Shown piece by piece: positions 13,710-31,163 of a stretch of 64,000 bases of DNA. The DNA is taken from NCBI GenBank assembly GCA_964016885.1, contig OZ024742.1, positions 121,458,001-121,522,000 of the forward strand. Direction: 5' to 3'. Both the position numbers and the translations under genes were made by a program. Position 1 is the first letter of the stretch. Every line of letters starts with the position of its first letter. This DNA is from Eledone cirrhosa. Its lineage: Eukaryota. Below the pieces are notes generated by a model. It ran no database searches. It was not told where the DNA came from and was given only the letters and a program-made list of their open reading frames with translations.

Positions 13710-14311
13710 TATATATATATGAATGTATATATAGTGTATTTTGCAATACACTGTATGCTTAATAAAAAGCATTTTGAAGACCTTATGCTATTGTTTTAGA
13801 GTAGTGACAGACTCACTTACTTGAATTTCAGCAAAAAGGGGGAGATAAAGCTGACAAGGCCTTGTTTCTGCATTTATTGATCCTTATCAAAGCCAACTAC
13901 TCCTCCCGTTTGCTGAGAACCTGCATGTTTTGGTTCTTATAGAATTCTAGTATATACATTCATATATATATAGCTATTTCAGAGCAACAATTCTAATTTT
14001 TAATTTCTGCTTGACCGGTAACCGCTCTGTATAATCAGTTCCTGATTATTTACTAGAATTCTATAAGAACCAAAACATCCAGGTTCTCAGCAAACGGGAG
14101 GAGTAGTTGGCTTTGATAAGCATCAATAAATGCAGAAACAAGGCCTTGTCAGCTTTATCTCCCCCTGTTTGCTGAAATTAAAGTAAGTGAGTCTGTCACT
14201 ACTCTAAAACAATAGCATAAGGTCTTCAAAATGCTTTTTATTAAGCATACAGTGTATTGCAAAATACACTATATATACATTCATATATATATAGCTATTT
14301 CAGAGCAACAA

Positions 14312-14318
<7 letters not shown>
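13710..14318. mobile_element. Fold-back PLE relic (~240-bp arms plus a 48-bp direct duplication 13951-13998/14271-14318), ending at (TA)n
   Basis: Arms 13710-13952 and 14051-14293 are reverse complements. Confidence 0.88.
14109..14154 (+). ncRNA. Hammerhead ribozyme, U3:A8 core variant (inverted copy 13849-13894)
   Basis: GGCT-TTGATAA-GCAT caataa ATGC a-GAAA-CAAGGCCTTG-TC-AGCT. Confidence 0.65.
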
Positions 14319-14352
<34 letters not shown>

Positions 14353-14778
14353 TTTTAAAACTTGAATTTGTACCATCTAGTTTGTAATATTTCAATTGTT
14401 GATCAAGAGATGAAGGTCTGTGCTTCCATTTTGTGTGCGGAAGTCTTTCTGAACTAGAAGCTAATAATTAGGAATTAACTGGTAAGATTTTAATGTAAAT
14501 GATAGACAATATAAGTACCGACTTGAGACAGTAACTGACAAGTCTCGTAAAACGTAGCAAATTATAATATCTAATACGAGATTGAAATAGAATGTACTCA
14601 GTAAGAAATGAATATATCTCATGATTAAAATACACATTACTTTGTCCGTTTCTCTTTTTTGTCTCAAATTGGTGCTTCCGTCCTAGGTTCGAAATAAATA
14701 GGGTGGCGGGTAACATTAATTACGTTAATAATAAACTACATCCATATACACTTTGGTATTACTGCAATAATCGCTCTA

Positions 14779-14818
14779 TCTTCTTCTTCTTCTTCTTCTT
14801 CTTCTTCTTCTTCTTCTT
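14779..14818. repeat. (CTT)n microsatellite
   Basis: Directly visible. Confidence 0.9.
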
Positions 14819-15628
14819 GCTCTTGAGAGGGTCGTGGGAGCAGAATCCTTAAGCACGCTTTCCAGTGGGTCATGTCAGAAGCAACTGTCTCTAATTGATC
14901 CTTAAATACTGAGTTTATTGATAAAGAATTGAACTCTAATCGAATCTTATCATAAAAGACAAAATCCAATGAAAACTTTCATTTTATTTTTCAGTAGATA
15001 TTGTCCCCCACAACAGAACAGCCGGAGAATAGTCGGTAATAAAACAGCAATCCCCTTCTCATTAAACTTCAAGTAGCTTTAGTCTTTCTTAATGAGCTAG
15101 AATTTAGAATCTAAAAGCTGACTATCTGTTAAAATATTGATTTCTAATGTAATCACAAGACAGCCAATTGAAGAGGAGGGGACAGTCAATTAAATCGATT
15201 AAAGTATCATAACAGTGCTTCAGTGTAGTCATGGCCGAATGGCTGAAACCAGTAAAGGATTATCTGATCAACGTAGAAAAGATGAAAAGCAATTCGATCT
15301 CGGCGGGTCTTAAACTCAGAACGTAAAGGGGGGAAAACTAAATATAACAGGGTACTTAGTTAATTTCCTTTACTCTAACAATTCTACCAATCTTCTGACT
15401 AACTGTTAAATATTACCAATTAATTATTTATAACCAAAGATTACATAGAATGTCTCGAGCAGATGCCAGTTTTAGATATTACTATTTACGATCCCATCTA
15501 GAAACTTCCATTGAATCATAACAGGCAATCAACCGTAGATAATTATCTTGACAAACAACTAAGTCATCAATTGTTGGGCGAAGGTGTAATTTATGTTGTT
15601 TCTCACCATCAAATACATTTCCATCATT

Positions 15629-16008
15629 TCAGTATCGGTAGAGAGTCGGAGACTATGCTTTCCAGCATAGTTACGTCCCTTTACGGTCTGAGTTCAAATC
15701 CCGTCGAGGTTAACTTTGCCTTTTATCCTTACGGGATCGATAAAATAAAGTACCAGTAATACACTGGGTATTTGCTGGCCTTGTGCCAAAAGTAGAAACA
15801 ATTATTGAAGAGGGCGGTGGATTGGCAGTATCGGTAGAGAGCCGGACGCCATGCTTTGCAGCACAGAGTTACGGCTCTTTATGATCTGAGTTCAAATCCG
15901 GCCGAGGTTAACTTTGCCTTTTATCCCTACGGGGTCGATAAAATAAAGTACCAGTAATACACTGGGATAATTGCTGGCCTTGTGCCAAAATTAGAAACAA
16001 TAATTGAA
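15629..16008 (+). mobile_element. Two tandem Meta-type SINEs (15629-15805, 15811-16005)
   Basis: Same family as 1828-2016. ATTGAAGA flanks the second copy. Confidence 0.88.
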
Positions 16009-17046
16009 GATAGTCAGAAACAAGCTGAAGGATAAGTCAGAAATGCCTGTTATTTGCTACATATTTAAAGAAATATATATTGAGGCACAGTCTTGACTGT
16101 ATAATTAAGAAGTTTGTCACGTGGTCTTGTGTTAATTCCCACTGCGCGGCTCCCCCAGTAATTATCTATTTTTACTATAACCTCGTGCAGATCAATGTCT
16201 TATGAATTTCAATAAACTAAAAACCAGGGGTTCATTCCTGTTTTGGCAGGTAAGAATATAAAAATATAAGTAAGTTGATCCTCTGTCAGTCCCATCTGTT
16301 ACTATTGCAGGTGTTCATTCAAATTAAATGTCTATTCAGCCAGTTATAGTGTAAGTAGATGATTATGTCAGAGACATAAGCGTTATGTGATTCTGAATCA
16401 ATGCGGCACAGTGTGAAAATTTTGAATCTTTTGAACAGGTAACAAACATTTTCCTTCTACGCAATTTCACTCACAAGGTGTGGATCGAGCCGAGACTATG
16501 GTAAAATATCTTTGCCTAAGATACCATGAAGTGAGATTGAGTCAAAGACTACATGATTGCGAAGGGGACTTCTTAATCTATTGATGATGCCTGGTCCTCT
16601 TGGATGGTAGAGGTAATCCGTCGACCAGTTTAAAAATCAACACTTGGCCCAATGAAGTAACTTTAGCAAAATCTATTCTGTTCCAAGCATTAAAGCCTGG
16701 TCTCCAACCAAAAGATAACTTCCTTCCTTCATCCATGCATAAACCATAAAATTCGACAAAACAACCCAACAAATACCAACAAAACTAAAAAGAACCCTCC
16801 CCGAAAATACTTAACAGAACAAGTTCAATATATGGTAAATAGTTTTAAATAGTTACATATCCGGAATAGCCACCCCCCACACATACACCCCCACATATAT
16901 ATAAGTAAGTATGTTTTGAAGCAGCGAACGAGTTTGAAAATAGAAATATGTACTCATCTTTTTCCATTTCTTAGAGGATTCTAAACCCCACTATCAGGCT
17001 AAAATTTCTTTAGTAAAAAATACGGCGAAAGCACACACACACACAA

Positions 17047-17100
<54 letters not shown>

Positions 17101-17106
<6 letters not shown>

Positions 17107-17437
17107 AGATCAAAAGATGGTTAAAGGAGTTCCATATATTTTATTATGCGCATTTCAAAAACAAACATCATCAAACAATAATATTTGTGTTTTCATCAGA
17201 TAAAATAGGAGAACATGATATGAAGGCTAAAAAACACTTGTTGATAGTGCAGTTTTATATCAACATATGATATGTTGATTTAAAACTGCACTATCAACAA
17301 GTGTTTTTTAGCCTTCATATCATGTTCTCCTATTTTATCTGATGAAAACACAAATATTATTGTTTGATGATGTTTGTTTTTGAAATGCGCATAATAAAAT
17401 ATATGGAACTCCTTTAACCATCTTTTGATCTTATATT
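17101..17437. mobile_element. Near-perfect 337-bp hairpin element between (TA)n tracts
   Basis: AATATAAGATCAAAAGATGG... matches ...CCATCTTTTGATCTTATATT. Centre at ~17269. Confidence 0.92.
17331..17401 (+). ncRNA. Type I hammerhead ribozyme (inverted copy 17137-17207)
   Basis: TATTTTAT-CTGATGA-AAACA...TGTTTTT-GAAA-TGCGCA-TA-ATAAAATA, with an 8-bp helix I. Confidence 0.85.
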
Positions 17438-17522
17438 ATGCATACTCCAGTCCCACAAACTGTAGAGTGCTTCTTATCCGATATCTGCATTGCTTTATTG
17501 TACTACAATAAAACTCACCTCC

Positions 17523-17573
<51 letters not shown>

Positions 17574-17877
17574 GATATATTAAGAAATGGAAACTATATT
17601 TATAAAACCATATTTATTTCATTATACATATTTCAAGAACACCAATTTAAATAGAACTTCTACATATATATATATATATATATATGGATCATACAACACA
17701 CGTAGATCGATGGCAGAAAAGTGAAAGAGTAACGGGCAGTTGAACAAGGTTTGAGATTAAGCATGGTAAAAAAGAAAGTGAAAAAGAATACATGTGTTTG
17801 ACTAAATATATGCACATAAAAAGTAGAAAATATATACATTAAAAATACTTATGCCTGATGAATAGAAAAGGAAAGGA

Positions 17878-19400
17878 TATGACGTTCCGTGTTAAAACCT
17901 TTATCAAAGCAGAGTAAGAAAAAAAATGGAATATGAGTGAAAGATGAAAAGTATTAAATTGATAACTGCGTTCGTGGGTTATATCCTGACAGAAAATCTT
18001 AAGGATGTTCACAACATTTTAACAACGATAAAAAGAAGTGGGGGATTGCTAACACTTATAGAAGTGAACATTTGTTTTAGTCATCAGAATAAATGAATTG
18101 ACCCTTGAAGGTAGATAAACCGTTCTATAGAGAAAATTTGAAAAACAAATAAAAATCATACAAAAACATGAATGACTGCTATTTGGTAATGCAATTTTCT
18201 AACATTTTAAAAATAGGATACCATTGCACATGACTAATTGTTGATGTTAGTGGACTTAACGAATTTCAGGAATAATATATTACACTGGAATCATTTTGGC
18301 TTTATAGAAACATTTTACTTAAGTATTAAATTGCTTTTCAGAAAAAACAATGAGAAAATATTCTCTAAACAATAAAATATAAATGTTAGCATCTGGTTTT
18401 AACTAAATCATGTCTGGAATAATTAATACTGGAACAAATGTTGTCAGATAAATAATTAAATATAGATAGAGCTGAAATTTGTTAGCGGTGGGATAACGAA
18501 TTATTATACGATTGAATCTGTTAAATAGTGAAAGTGTTGTTTGCAGGAATGCTTGGCTCCAAAATGTATGCAAAATCCCAGAAAATTTCTTATCAGGGAT
18601 GATCCAATGACCTTACATATACCAAAGAACAAATCAACCGATGAAATCCTGTTGAACTGTATTTCTACAGAAGTAACATGAACAATAGAATCTAATTTAG
18701 ACGTAGAGATAACGTATATCTATAAACCGAATTCTACAACTTTCCAGACAGTTTGCCAATGCTCTTAATTAGATTTTGATGTTGCTGATGCCAAGAATCA
18801 ATGGCAAGTGTCAAAGTAGCTTCTGTTTTTGTTCCAGAATGATCTATTGTCGAATAAACAGGTTCTTAAGGAAATTTTGAAAGAAAACTTAGTTATAGAG
18901 GACAAATTTCAAAAGTTAAAGGTTGCCGATGACAGTAAAATAGACGAAAAGTTCTGAAGACTGTCATTTTGCTATCCTTCGAATAGTGTGATAAATGTTC
19001 TCATTGATCATCATTATTATCTAATGATAGAAGATATTGCTAACGATCGCTCTAAACAGACCAGATGGAAGCAACAAAAACAATATTTTGAGCCTCTTAG
19101 TTAAATACAACTGGGCTATATATTCAATAGAATTATATTCATCTGTACGTTGACGAAAATCCAATCAATGTTAAAGTGTCTCAGTACACTTAGTTATAAA
19201 TAGGCAGGACGTGGTAACAACTTCTCATCATTGTAAACAGTAACACCACGATAATGTTGATGTTAGGCATAATTTACTGTTAGGCATAATTTACTGTTAA
19301 CTCAGTAAAACTGCCCTTTACCAAAACAATTGCTAACGTAAAAAGAACTAATCCGACATTAAGGCCACACAGATCCACTAACAAGAAGGTCTAATTGTAT
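17878..19400 (-). mobile_element. Old, heavily decayed PLE (RT region) with a degenerate terminal hammerhead at 17878-17912
   Basis: Colinear broken motifs AQLYL, GLFRAIVSNI (cf. PGRPIVS), VLWY..., LQTTLSLFNRF, KPDANIY and WYPIFKML. The 3' end reads TTGATAA-AGG...GGAACGTCA. Confidence 0.5.
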
Positions 19401-19979
19401 TTAACGTTTCGGTATCTTTACCTACTCATGCTTATGAAAGTAAATCTATTCCCCGTACCACCACCATAAATGAGAATTAATGGACCGAAGGCCTCGTGGG
19501 CCCGGTCGACAGGATAGAGACATATTTTATATTATATATTTTGTGAAAAATATAAAATCGTTGGCTAGCGCTTCACAACTGGTCAATTGCAGGTACGCCA
19601 CTGCATTTGTTATTGTATGAATGACTGTCTGTGCAACAGAGATTTTGTTCGATTGCACCGGGTGAATCGGCTTTCTCATCGATGAGTAAATCTTTCCCTT
19701 CACACGCACCCGACACAAACGAAACTAAATAAATACATACATAATATACACACATAGTCTCGTAACTTAGCGACTCAATAAAAAGCAATGCAATGGGTTC
19801 TAGACTTGAAAAATAAGTATGGCCGCTGTATAATGAGTGAAACCAGTAAAATAAGAAAGATTGTATATCAGTTTTCAGAGGATTATTGCAGCGGAAACTT
19901 CGAAGTCGCTCACGTGCTTTTCATTCAAAAATAAAAAAATAAAGTCTATAGTCTACTTACATATATGGAGTGCTCATTC

Positions 19980-20301
<322 letters not shown>

Positions 20302-20536
20302 TACAAAGTGAGTTTTTCTTTTTTACAAAATGAAAAATAACAGAGATGTCCTACACGAGTGAAAGTATAAAGAAAAAAAGATGAAATCGAAAATGCAACT
20401 GGAGTCTTATTTTTAAAAATATATATATATGTTATAACTTTAATAATAATAACAGTGTTGCTATTATTGGGTTTACTTAACCAGAAGGTTTAAAGCTCAA
20501 TCCAGTAGGGTTCACGCAGAGCGGATATATAAAGAA

Positions 20537-20722
20537 TAATTGTTTCTACTTTAGGCACAAGGCCAGCAATTACCCAGTGCATTACTGGTACTTTATTTTA
20601 TCGACCCCGTAAGGATGAAAGGCAAAGTCAACTTCGGCGGGATTTGAACTCAAATCGTAAAGGGACGTAACTATGCTGGGAAAGCATGGCGTCCGACCCT
20701 CTACCGATACTGCCAATCCACC
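20537..20722 (-). mobile_element. Meta-type SINE with 15-bp TSD
   Basis: CGGATATATAAAGAA at 20522-20536 and 20722-20736. Confidence 0.92.
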
Positions 20723-20998
20723 GGATATATAAAGAAAAATAAACACCAAAGAGTCGATATGTAGTCAAACTACCACGTTTCAACCGATAGAGATCCATCC
20801 CTAGTGTATGAGCCTATACAATCAGGAATCTTAGAATTTTCTTTAGAAGAAAGAGCTTTTATCTAAGATTCCATTATGATTTCATACTTCAATCACCAGA
20901 AATAGACTCAAATCGGTATCATCAGAGTTTTATTGACATAGAATATTAGCTTATATACAGATCAATACACCATCAAGAATAAAATATATACGTATTTG

Positions 20999-21089
20999 TT
21001 TATATATACGTATTTATATTGCGTCACAGATAAACATAGTGTCGGTATCTATATTTATCTGTCAAGCAATATAAATACGTATATATAAA
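20999..21089. repeat. Short hairpin (~40-bp arms)
   Basis: TTTATATATACGTATTTATATTGC...GCAATATAAATACGTATATATAAA. Confidence 0.75.
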
Positions 21090-21258
21090 TGTTGATAATG
21101 TTAACTTATGGACTGGACTTGATCGTTGCTCTTTAAACTCTGCTGCTGGTGATCGAACTTTGTGGAGAAAAATATGTCATGTTGATGCGCAGTCTGCAAC
21201 TGGCGGAAGTTAGCGCCACAAGAGACGTATATATATATATTTTTCTCCACAAAGTTCG

Positions 21259-21298
<40 letters not shown>

Positions 21299-21360
21299 AT
21301 ATATAAAAGAAAATTTTGCTCTCCATGGCTGAATACAATAGATGTAATTTGAGTTTATTA

Positions 21361-21558
21361 GATTCGTTTGCAATTATGCAAACAAATCTCAATTTTATAG
21401 TCATGTCAGTAGAATGAACACTTCATTCTTGCTCTTGTGTTGGCATGCCAACAGAAATGCAGTTCTGTTCGCATGCCAACACAAGAGCAAGAATGAAGTG
21501 TTCATTCTACTGACATGGCTATAAAATTGAGGTTTGTTTGCATAATTGCAAACGAATC
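21361..21558. repeat. 198-bp fold-back (~96-bp arms, 6-nt loop)
   Basis: GATTCGTTTGCAATTATGCAAACAAA... matches ...TTTGTTTGCATAATTGCAAACGAATC. Confidence 0.9.
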
Positions 21559-21708
21559 GAATGAGTTAACGGCCAACCGACCCAATTATGGGTTAAATAG
21601 CATCACTAACCCGCAATTGGCCATGGGATGACCAAAACCAAACAGAAAGCAGTGGAGGCCAATTAAGGACGAGTTACTCCCACAGGAGACCATGGAACGT
21701 ATAAATAA

Positions 21709-21769
<61 letters not shown>

Positions 21770-21774
<5 letters not shown>

Positions 21775-21864
21775 AAGGGAAAATGTCTATCTCTTGTTTG
21801 TGTTCCCTTAACTTTCTAACACTCGTTATCAGTAACCACGCAGCCTTGTCCCTCTCAATCCACA

Positions 21865-21920
<56 letters not shown>

Positions 21921-22109
21921 GGGAAAAGGGTCAGGACCCCGAAGGCTGAGCTCCGGGCGTTTCGATAGCTAGTTCTGCTCGGATCTAGCTGTTGAAATGG
22001 CCGGAGCTCGCCCGTCGGGGTCCTGGCTCTTTTCCTATTACCCACTCTAATACCCTAAGTGTCGAGTACTCTGATGCGATATGGTCCACCTAGTATCTTA
22101 CCTCACCTT

Positions 22110-22112
<3 letters not shown>
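21770..22112. mobile_element. Family E fragment (21770-21870) and family A fold-back (21920-22112) embedded in (TA)n
   Basis: Matches 38095-38190 and 29232-29432 respectively. Confidence 0.8.
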
Positions 22113-22177
<65 letters not shown>

Positions 22178-22751
22178 GTGATTGAAGTTGGAATAATGTG
22201 GTTTGGGAAGCCTATAACTTACCCTCACAAAGCACCACCAAAAGCACCATTATCACCTCACGCTACAACCCTAACCACCAACACGATCCTCTCCATCATA
22301 ATCACCCCAACCACAACAGCATCACCAATGCTATTATCACAACGACTACTACCGCCGCCACTGCCGCTACCATCTCCACCATTATCCCCTTACGCCACAA
22401 TCACTCACCCACTATCACCACCATCCCCATCACCACCACCATCAGTATCACGATATTCTTCTACCGCTACCGCCACCGCTACGTCTTTCACCACCTATCT
22501 TTTGGTAAGAAAACAGAAAACAAGAGAATATATAAATCGTTTTGACAGAAAAGACGAAATAGAAAGAAAAAACGAAAAAGCCAAAGAAAACGAGATGATG
22601 TTTAATGTATCAATTTGGGTTGATCTTTGACATTGAAAATACGCTGAGACATGAAGAATAACAGTGCAATGGTGAACTATATCATCTTATCTGTAGCATT
22701 ATTGAAAGATTAACCTTCCATATACTGGGTTGAGATAAAGCGTATTATAAC

Positions 22752-22766
22752 ATGTATGTATGTATG

Positions 22767-22800
<34 letters not shown>

Positions 22801-22818
22801 TGTATGTATGTATGTATG
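22752..22818. repeat. (TATG)n microsatellite; a longer one at 23740-23918
   Basis: Directly visible. Confidence 0.95.
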
Positions 22819-23446
22819 TCCGGGAGACATGACCCCCTAGCCTTTGTCAAGGCAGAATTCTAGGAGAAGGAACACTCTGATATAACACCTGCAACCCTGA
22901 TGGTATCCAATGATGTTGACTTTTTCTTCTTTTTGGTAAATATCATCTTGGTTAAGAGAGTGGGACTGGCTTTGTGCAGTGCCTTTGCTCACTATAAAAG
23001 CTTCACGGCACAGGCATTGCTTTATATCTGGAGATCTCTCTGCACTTGTCGTCACATGGTACCATGGGCCCAGCACTATGTGTAAATAATTGTCACAAGT
23101 GTAGTGTTTGTCCCAGAGTTTTCAAGTCGCTGGCTGGAATAAAAAGTCACACTCGTTCAGCGCATCGGTAGGGGTTCTCCTACATGGATATAAAGTAGTG
23201 GCCGTACTCGAAAACGAGTTGGCAGCCACCATGTATGTATGTTCTTCTAGTTTTATAATTTCACAAATTTTTTCCCAGTAGGGAGAGAGTCGGTTTCTAA
23301 CATAGACACAAGACTCTCTCATTGGAATTTACACAACAACTAGGTAGATTATGTATGCATGCATGCATGTGTAGATATGGATGTTATTGTATGTGTGGAT
23401 GTGTATGTTTTGAGTTATATGTGTGTATGTGTATATGCATTGTATC

Positions 23447-23735
23447 TGTACTGTTCCATTAATGGATTGTACTTGTAATTTCCTAACTAGTTGTGTTCTT
23501 TCTGTTCCTGTGAAGCCTAGCTTCTCAAGGTTTGTATTGAGGCAGTTACTAACATACCCCAGTGCCCCAATAATCACAGGCATAAATCCGAAGGTGTAAT
23601 CAGGGTGGAGTATCTGCAGATTTCTCATCAGTTCTGCTTAAATATTCTCCTTTTCGCTAATCTTTGATATTATATTGACATCTGCTGGGCAGCTAATTTC
23701 TACTACTGTGCATGCTTTCTTCTCCTTGTCTCATA
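23447..23735 (-). mobile_element. 3' fragment of an RLE-type (R4/Dong-like) non-LTR element: restriction-like endonuclease
   Basis: DKEKKACTVVEISCPADVNIISKISEKENI*AELMRNLQILHPDYTFGFMPVIIGALGYV...LEKLG. Confidence 0.8.
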
Positions 23736-23737
23736 TC

Positions 23738-23768
<31 letters not shown>

Positions 23769-23937
23769 TGTATGTATGTATGTATGTATGTATGTATGTA
23801 TGTATGTATGTATGTATGTATGTATGTATGTATGTATGTATGTATGTATGTATGTATGTATGTATGCATGTATGTATGCACGTATGTATGTACGTATGCA
23901 TGTATGTATGTATGTATGTACTTGCGTAAGAATGTGA

Positions 23938-24125
23938 AGGCATATGGCTTAGAATTTAGAGCGTTGGGCTTACAATCGTCAGGTTGTGAGTTCGATTCCA
24001 GGACCGGCTTACTTGAGTAAGACTTTTTATTTCACGTTGCTCCAGTTTACGCAGCAACTGTAGAAATGAGTTGTGACATCACTGGTACCAAGCTGTATCG
24101 ACCTTTGCTTTCTCTTGGACAATTG
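23938..24125 (+). mobile_element. CORE-like tRNA SINE
   Basis: GAGTTCGATTCC...TTATTTCACGTTGCTCCAGT, as at 13045. Confidence 0.7.
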
Positions 24126-24134
24126 TAATCCCAA

Positions 24135-24445
<311 letters not shown>

Positions 24446-24659
24446 ACCATTGAAATGCATAAGTTTCACCAATTCACTATTATGCACTAATCATCTCAAA
24501 TGCATTCATGATTTACTACCTTTGTCATTAAGCCAGTTGCCTCAACTAGATTGCAATTATACTCAAAAGAACTTTAAAATGTCAATCACTTGTCAGTAAT
24601 TCACTATGATCATTTAATTATTAGATAGTTGTTGCTTGCATTGCCTTAAAAAATAGTAG

Positions 24660-25786
<1,127 letters not shown>

Positions 25787-26009
25787 TGGTAAACGGAATA
25801 GAAAATGCTGACAAATTGTTCACAGTTGAAAAATGGTTTAATTAGGAATAAAAGAGTATTAGTGATTGTATGGGTTAGTATTCAGTTGTGGTTTTAACTT
25901 TTTAAGTTTTTACCGGTTGCGCATTTCTAAATGCTTTTCAAAAATAATTTTGAGATAGAGTGTCCGTGCTGTTTGCTCTGATCTGATTAGTTTTGGGAAT
26001 TCTACCTGG

Positions 26010-26675
<666 letters not shown>

Positions 26676-26704
26676 ATTTTTCAGCTTTTGTCTTATACGG
26701 AGAA

Positions 26705-26741
<37 letters not shown>

Positions 26742-27137
26742 AGTCTCTTTGTATGTTGATGTACGCGTGTGTATGTGTTTGTGTATATATATGTGTGTGT
26801 GTGTGTGTGTGTGGGTGGACCAGTATTTTTTTCCCCCTGGTAAAATGGTGTACATTATTCGATTTTTTCAGTAAAATCGGTTCTCTTAATAGAACATCAA
26901 AAATCTTAACAATAAAAGGTGTGAAATGATATTCACTATATATATATACACATACATACATTCACTACATATATATATATATATATATACATATATACAT
27001 ACATATATATGCACATATATTTCTTTGTATTGCACCATAGAGCATGTGTGTTTACGTGTGTCATTGTGTTTATATGTGGGTAGAGATGTGTGCTGATGTA
27101 GGTATGTATGTTGACGTGTGTATGTTGTTGGTTTGTC

Positions 27138-28437
<1,300 letters not shown>

Positions 28438-28439
28438 AG

Positions 28440-28612
28440 TTTATCCCGGGTTCAATCCGAGGGTAACCTCAGTAAGTAAGGTACTCAATACAAAGCAGAG
28501 TATAAATGTTTAATATAGAAAAAGGCTTCTACAGGACTAGAACTGTTTCATTCGGGAGAAATCATCACTTCCGAATGAAACAGTTCTAGTCCTGTAGAAG
28601 CCTTTTCCATAT

Positions 28613-28616
<4 letters not shown>
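28440..28616. mobile_element. Fold-back PLE relic family D with hammerhead 3' half (related piece at 53385-53482)
   Basis: Arms 28510-28558/28570-28616. The right arm reads TTCCGAAT-GAAA-CAGTTCTAGTCCTG-TA-GAAG. Confidence 0.75.
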
Positions 28617-28657
<41 letters not shown>

Positions 28658-29231
28658 CGAAGGAAATGTGGTAAGGAACCAGGTGGACCATAACGCACCA
28701 AAGTACTCAGTCGGTTTACACCACAGTCGGTTTACACCACAGAAACCGGGATAAGCACCAACCTAATGTACCCCCAGGCTCGAGACAGACTTTAAAGTTT
28801 AGATCCCTCCATCGAAGGAGAAGCATTAAAAAAAATAAAGTTAAAAAACCTTGACACTTTTACAGTCTTATCTTCAGAATTTAAAGTACTATTGTCTTCC
28901 GAATGACCTCTTATATGTGATATATTGACTTTACAACCAAAATGTTCACACCTAGATTCAAACATTACTACCATATTAATGTTTAATTTGTTTATAACGT
29001 GTCTGTGTTTTATTTTAGCATTGTGCTGTGATATATGCAACTCTTCCATGAATCATCGTTTATGATTATGGACAATGCTAACTTTGTTTTCTGGTGTGTT
29101 TTTCTAGTATAAGGCTCCTTGTCGCAAATTTATAGTGAACCTACGAGAGACTGTTATAACTGTATAGACAATGTAACATATGGATATATATGCATATATA
29201 TATATATGCGTATGCATAATATATATATATA

Positions 29232-29581
<350 letters not shown>

Positions 29582-29585
29582 TATA

Positions 29586-29617
<32 letters not shown>

Positions 29618-29649
29618 GTAATAATAATAAATTTGAAAACTAAAATCCA

Positions 29650-29828
29650 AAGAGGGCTCGATAAGGATAAATATATATCAGATATATAAGAACTGTAGAG
29701 CAAATATTTATTAAAATAACAGATTAAAGTTTAAGCAAAGAATCGCTGCTTTCACCCTTAACGGGATCTTTTCGTTAAGATCCCGTTAAGGGTGAAAGCA
29801 GCGATTCTTTGCTTAAACTTTAATCTGT
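29650..29828. mobile_element. Family C fold-back (arms 29719-29770/29777-29828)
   Basis: ACAGATTAAAGTTTAAGC...GGGATCTT ttcgtt AAGATCCC...CTTTAATCTGT. Confidence 0.85.
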
Positions 29829-30199
29829 TATTTTAATATATATATTTATATATTGTGGTACAAACTTAGTATCGATATCCAAGTGTTTAGAACATTCAGT
29901 TCGTTGGAGGAATAATGTATAATTAGTTACAACAGTGGTATTGCACAGAGGCTTAAGTTTCGTTGGGTTTAACATCAATTATTCAGTCTGCCATATTGTG
30001 ATGGGGTTACTTCCTGGGAGATACTTGTCCTAGTGTTCTAAAGCTATGGATAGGGAACTCTAAAATATCTTAATTAATTAAATAATCGCAAAACTCTATA
30101 TATATAAGTGATATAATTCAAACAAAAAATTGCCTGTAGAGAGATGGCACGTAACATAGGGTTAAGTAAACTTTTGTCCAGCCTAGGCCATCTCTTTAG

Positions 30200-30560
30200 A
30201 AAAATGTTGACTTAAGAAATCCAGCCATTTAGAAGACAGTTTTGAAAGTGTATCCCACTTCTCAGCTGTATATACATAACAAGTTTCTCTCCATTAATGT
30301 AGTGTGTGGATGTTTCCAGTTTCCGTCATTTTAAGAAAATATCTGTGCTGTTTTCTTTGAGGTTCCACACGTGGTTTGCGAGCTTAGTGGTATTCCTCTT
30401 GAAGTCCAGGCTTGTGTTAGGTGGCTCTGGTTTGTTGAGTGTACATCTGCTTCATATATCACCACTGGACCGTTGCACTGCTTTAGAAGTCAGAAGGAAT
30501 TTTCTGCATTCTTTCCCACAACCTGCTCTCACGGTTATATTGTATGTTTTGGTCACAGAA
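30200..30560 (-). mobile_element. Decayed PLE GIY-YIG fragment
   Basis: VVIYEADV, then RNTTKLANHVWNLKENSTDIFLK*RKLETSTHYINGEK, similar to 42104-42565. Confidence 0.7.
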
Positions 30561-30699
30561 GGCTAAATGTAATTTTGTTTTTTTTTGTTAGATGAATAAT
30601 ATACTCTTAATTAAGCGAATACATTATGTCATGTCATAAGTGTATATTTATAGATATATATATGGACACACACGCACACATAATTTTTGAGGACAAATA

Positions 30700-30995
30700 C
30701 TACAGCTGATTCAGTCAATGGAAATACAGGCTTGTGAAATTAACGTCTAAGAGTCAGAGTATTCCACAGATACGTGTACTTTTAATGTAGCTATCAGGGA
30801 GATTCAGCGTGACACAATGCATTACAATGCTATCCTCGTGAATTACAGGCACAACCTATTTTTGTCAGCTGAAGACACTGGAGCAATTTAAAATAAAGTA
30901 TCTTTCTTAAGGAAACAACGCGTCACAGTCCGGGAATCGTACTTATGGCATTACGATCGTAAGCAGAGCAGCCAAATCACCAAACCAGGCACCTT
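30700..30995 (-). mobile_element. CORE-like tRNA SINE
   Basis: Reverse-complement similarity to 35698-36020 (GATTCAGCGTGACACA, CTGGAGCAA.TT.AAATAA). Confidence 0.65.
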
Positions 30996-31163
30996 CACGA
31001 CACACACACACACATATATATATAGTATGGTATGGTCCCATAACTCCTGATACAGTCGTAGGCGCCGTGTTGACATACGGCGTTTCTTGGGTATTTTAAG
31101 CCTGGCGGAGCCCATTCTCACCAGGTCTAAGTGCAGCAGAATTATTCCAGAAATATAAATAAT

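Noticed and set aside
17950-19400. Decayed Toll-like/LRR gene
   Set aside because: Colinear PLE RT motifs and a terminal HHR-like motif explain it better. The LRR resemblance was piecemeal.
22178-22630. Pro/Thr-rich 150-aa ORF
   Set aside because: Degenerate (CCA/TCA)n low-complexity sequence.
25800-25860. Possible hammerhead at the 3' end of the 27.1-kb PLE (reverse complement GAACAATTTGTCAGCA)
   Set aside because: The core is too degenerate to call.
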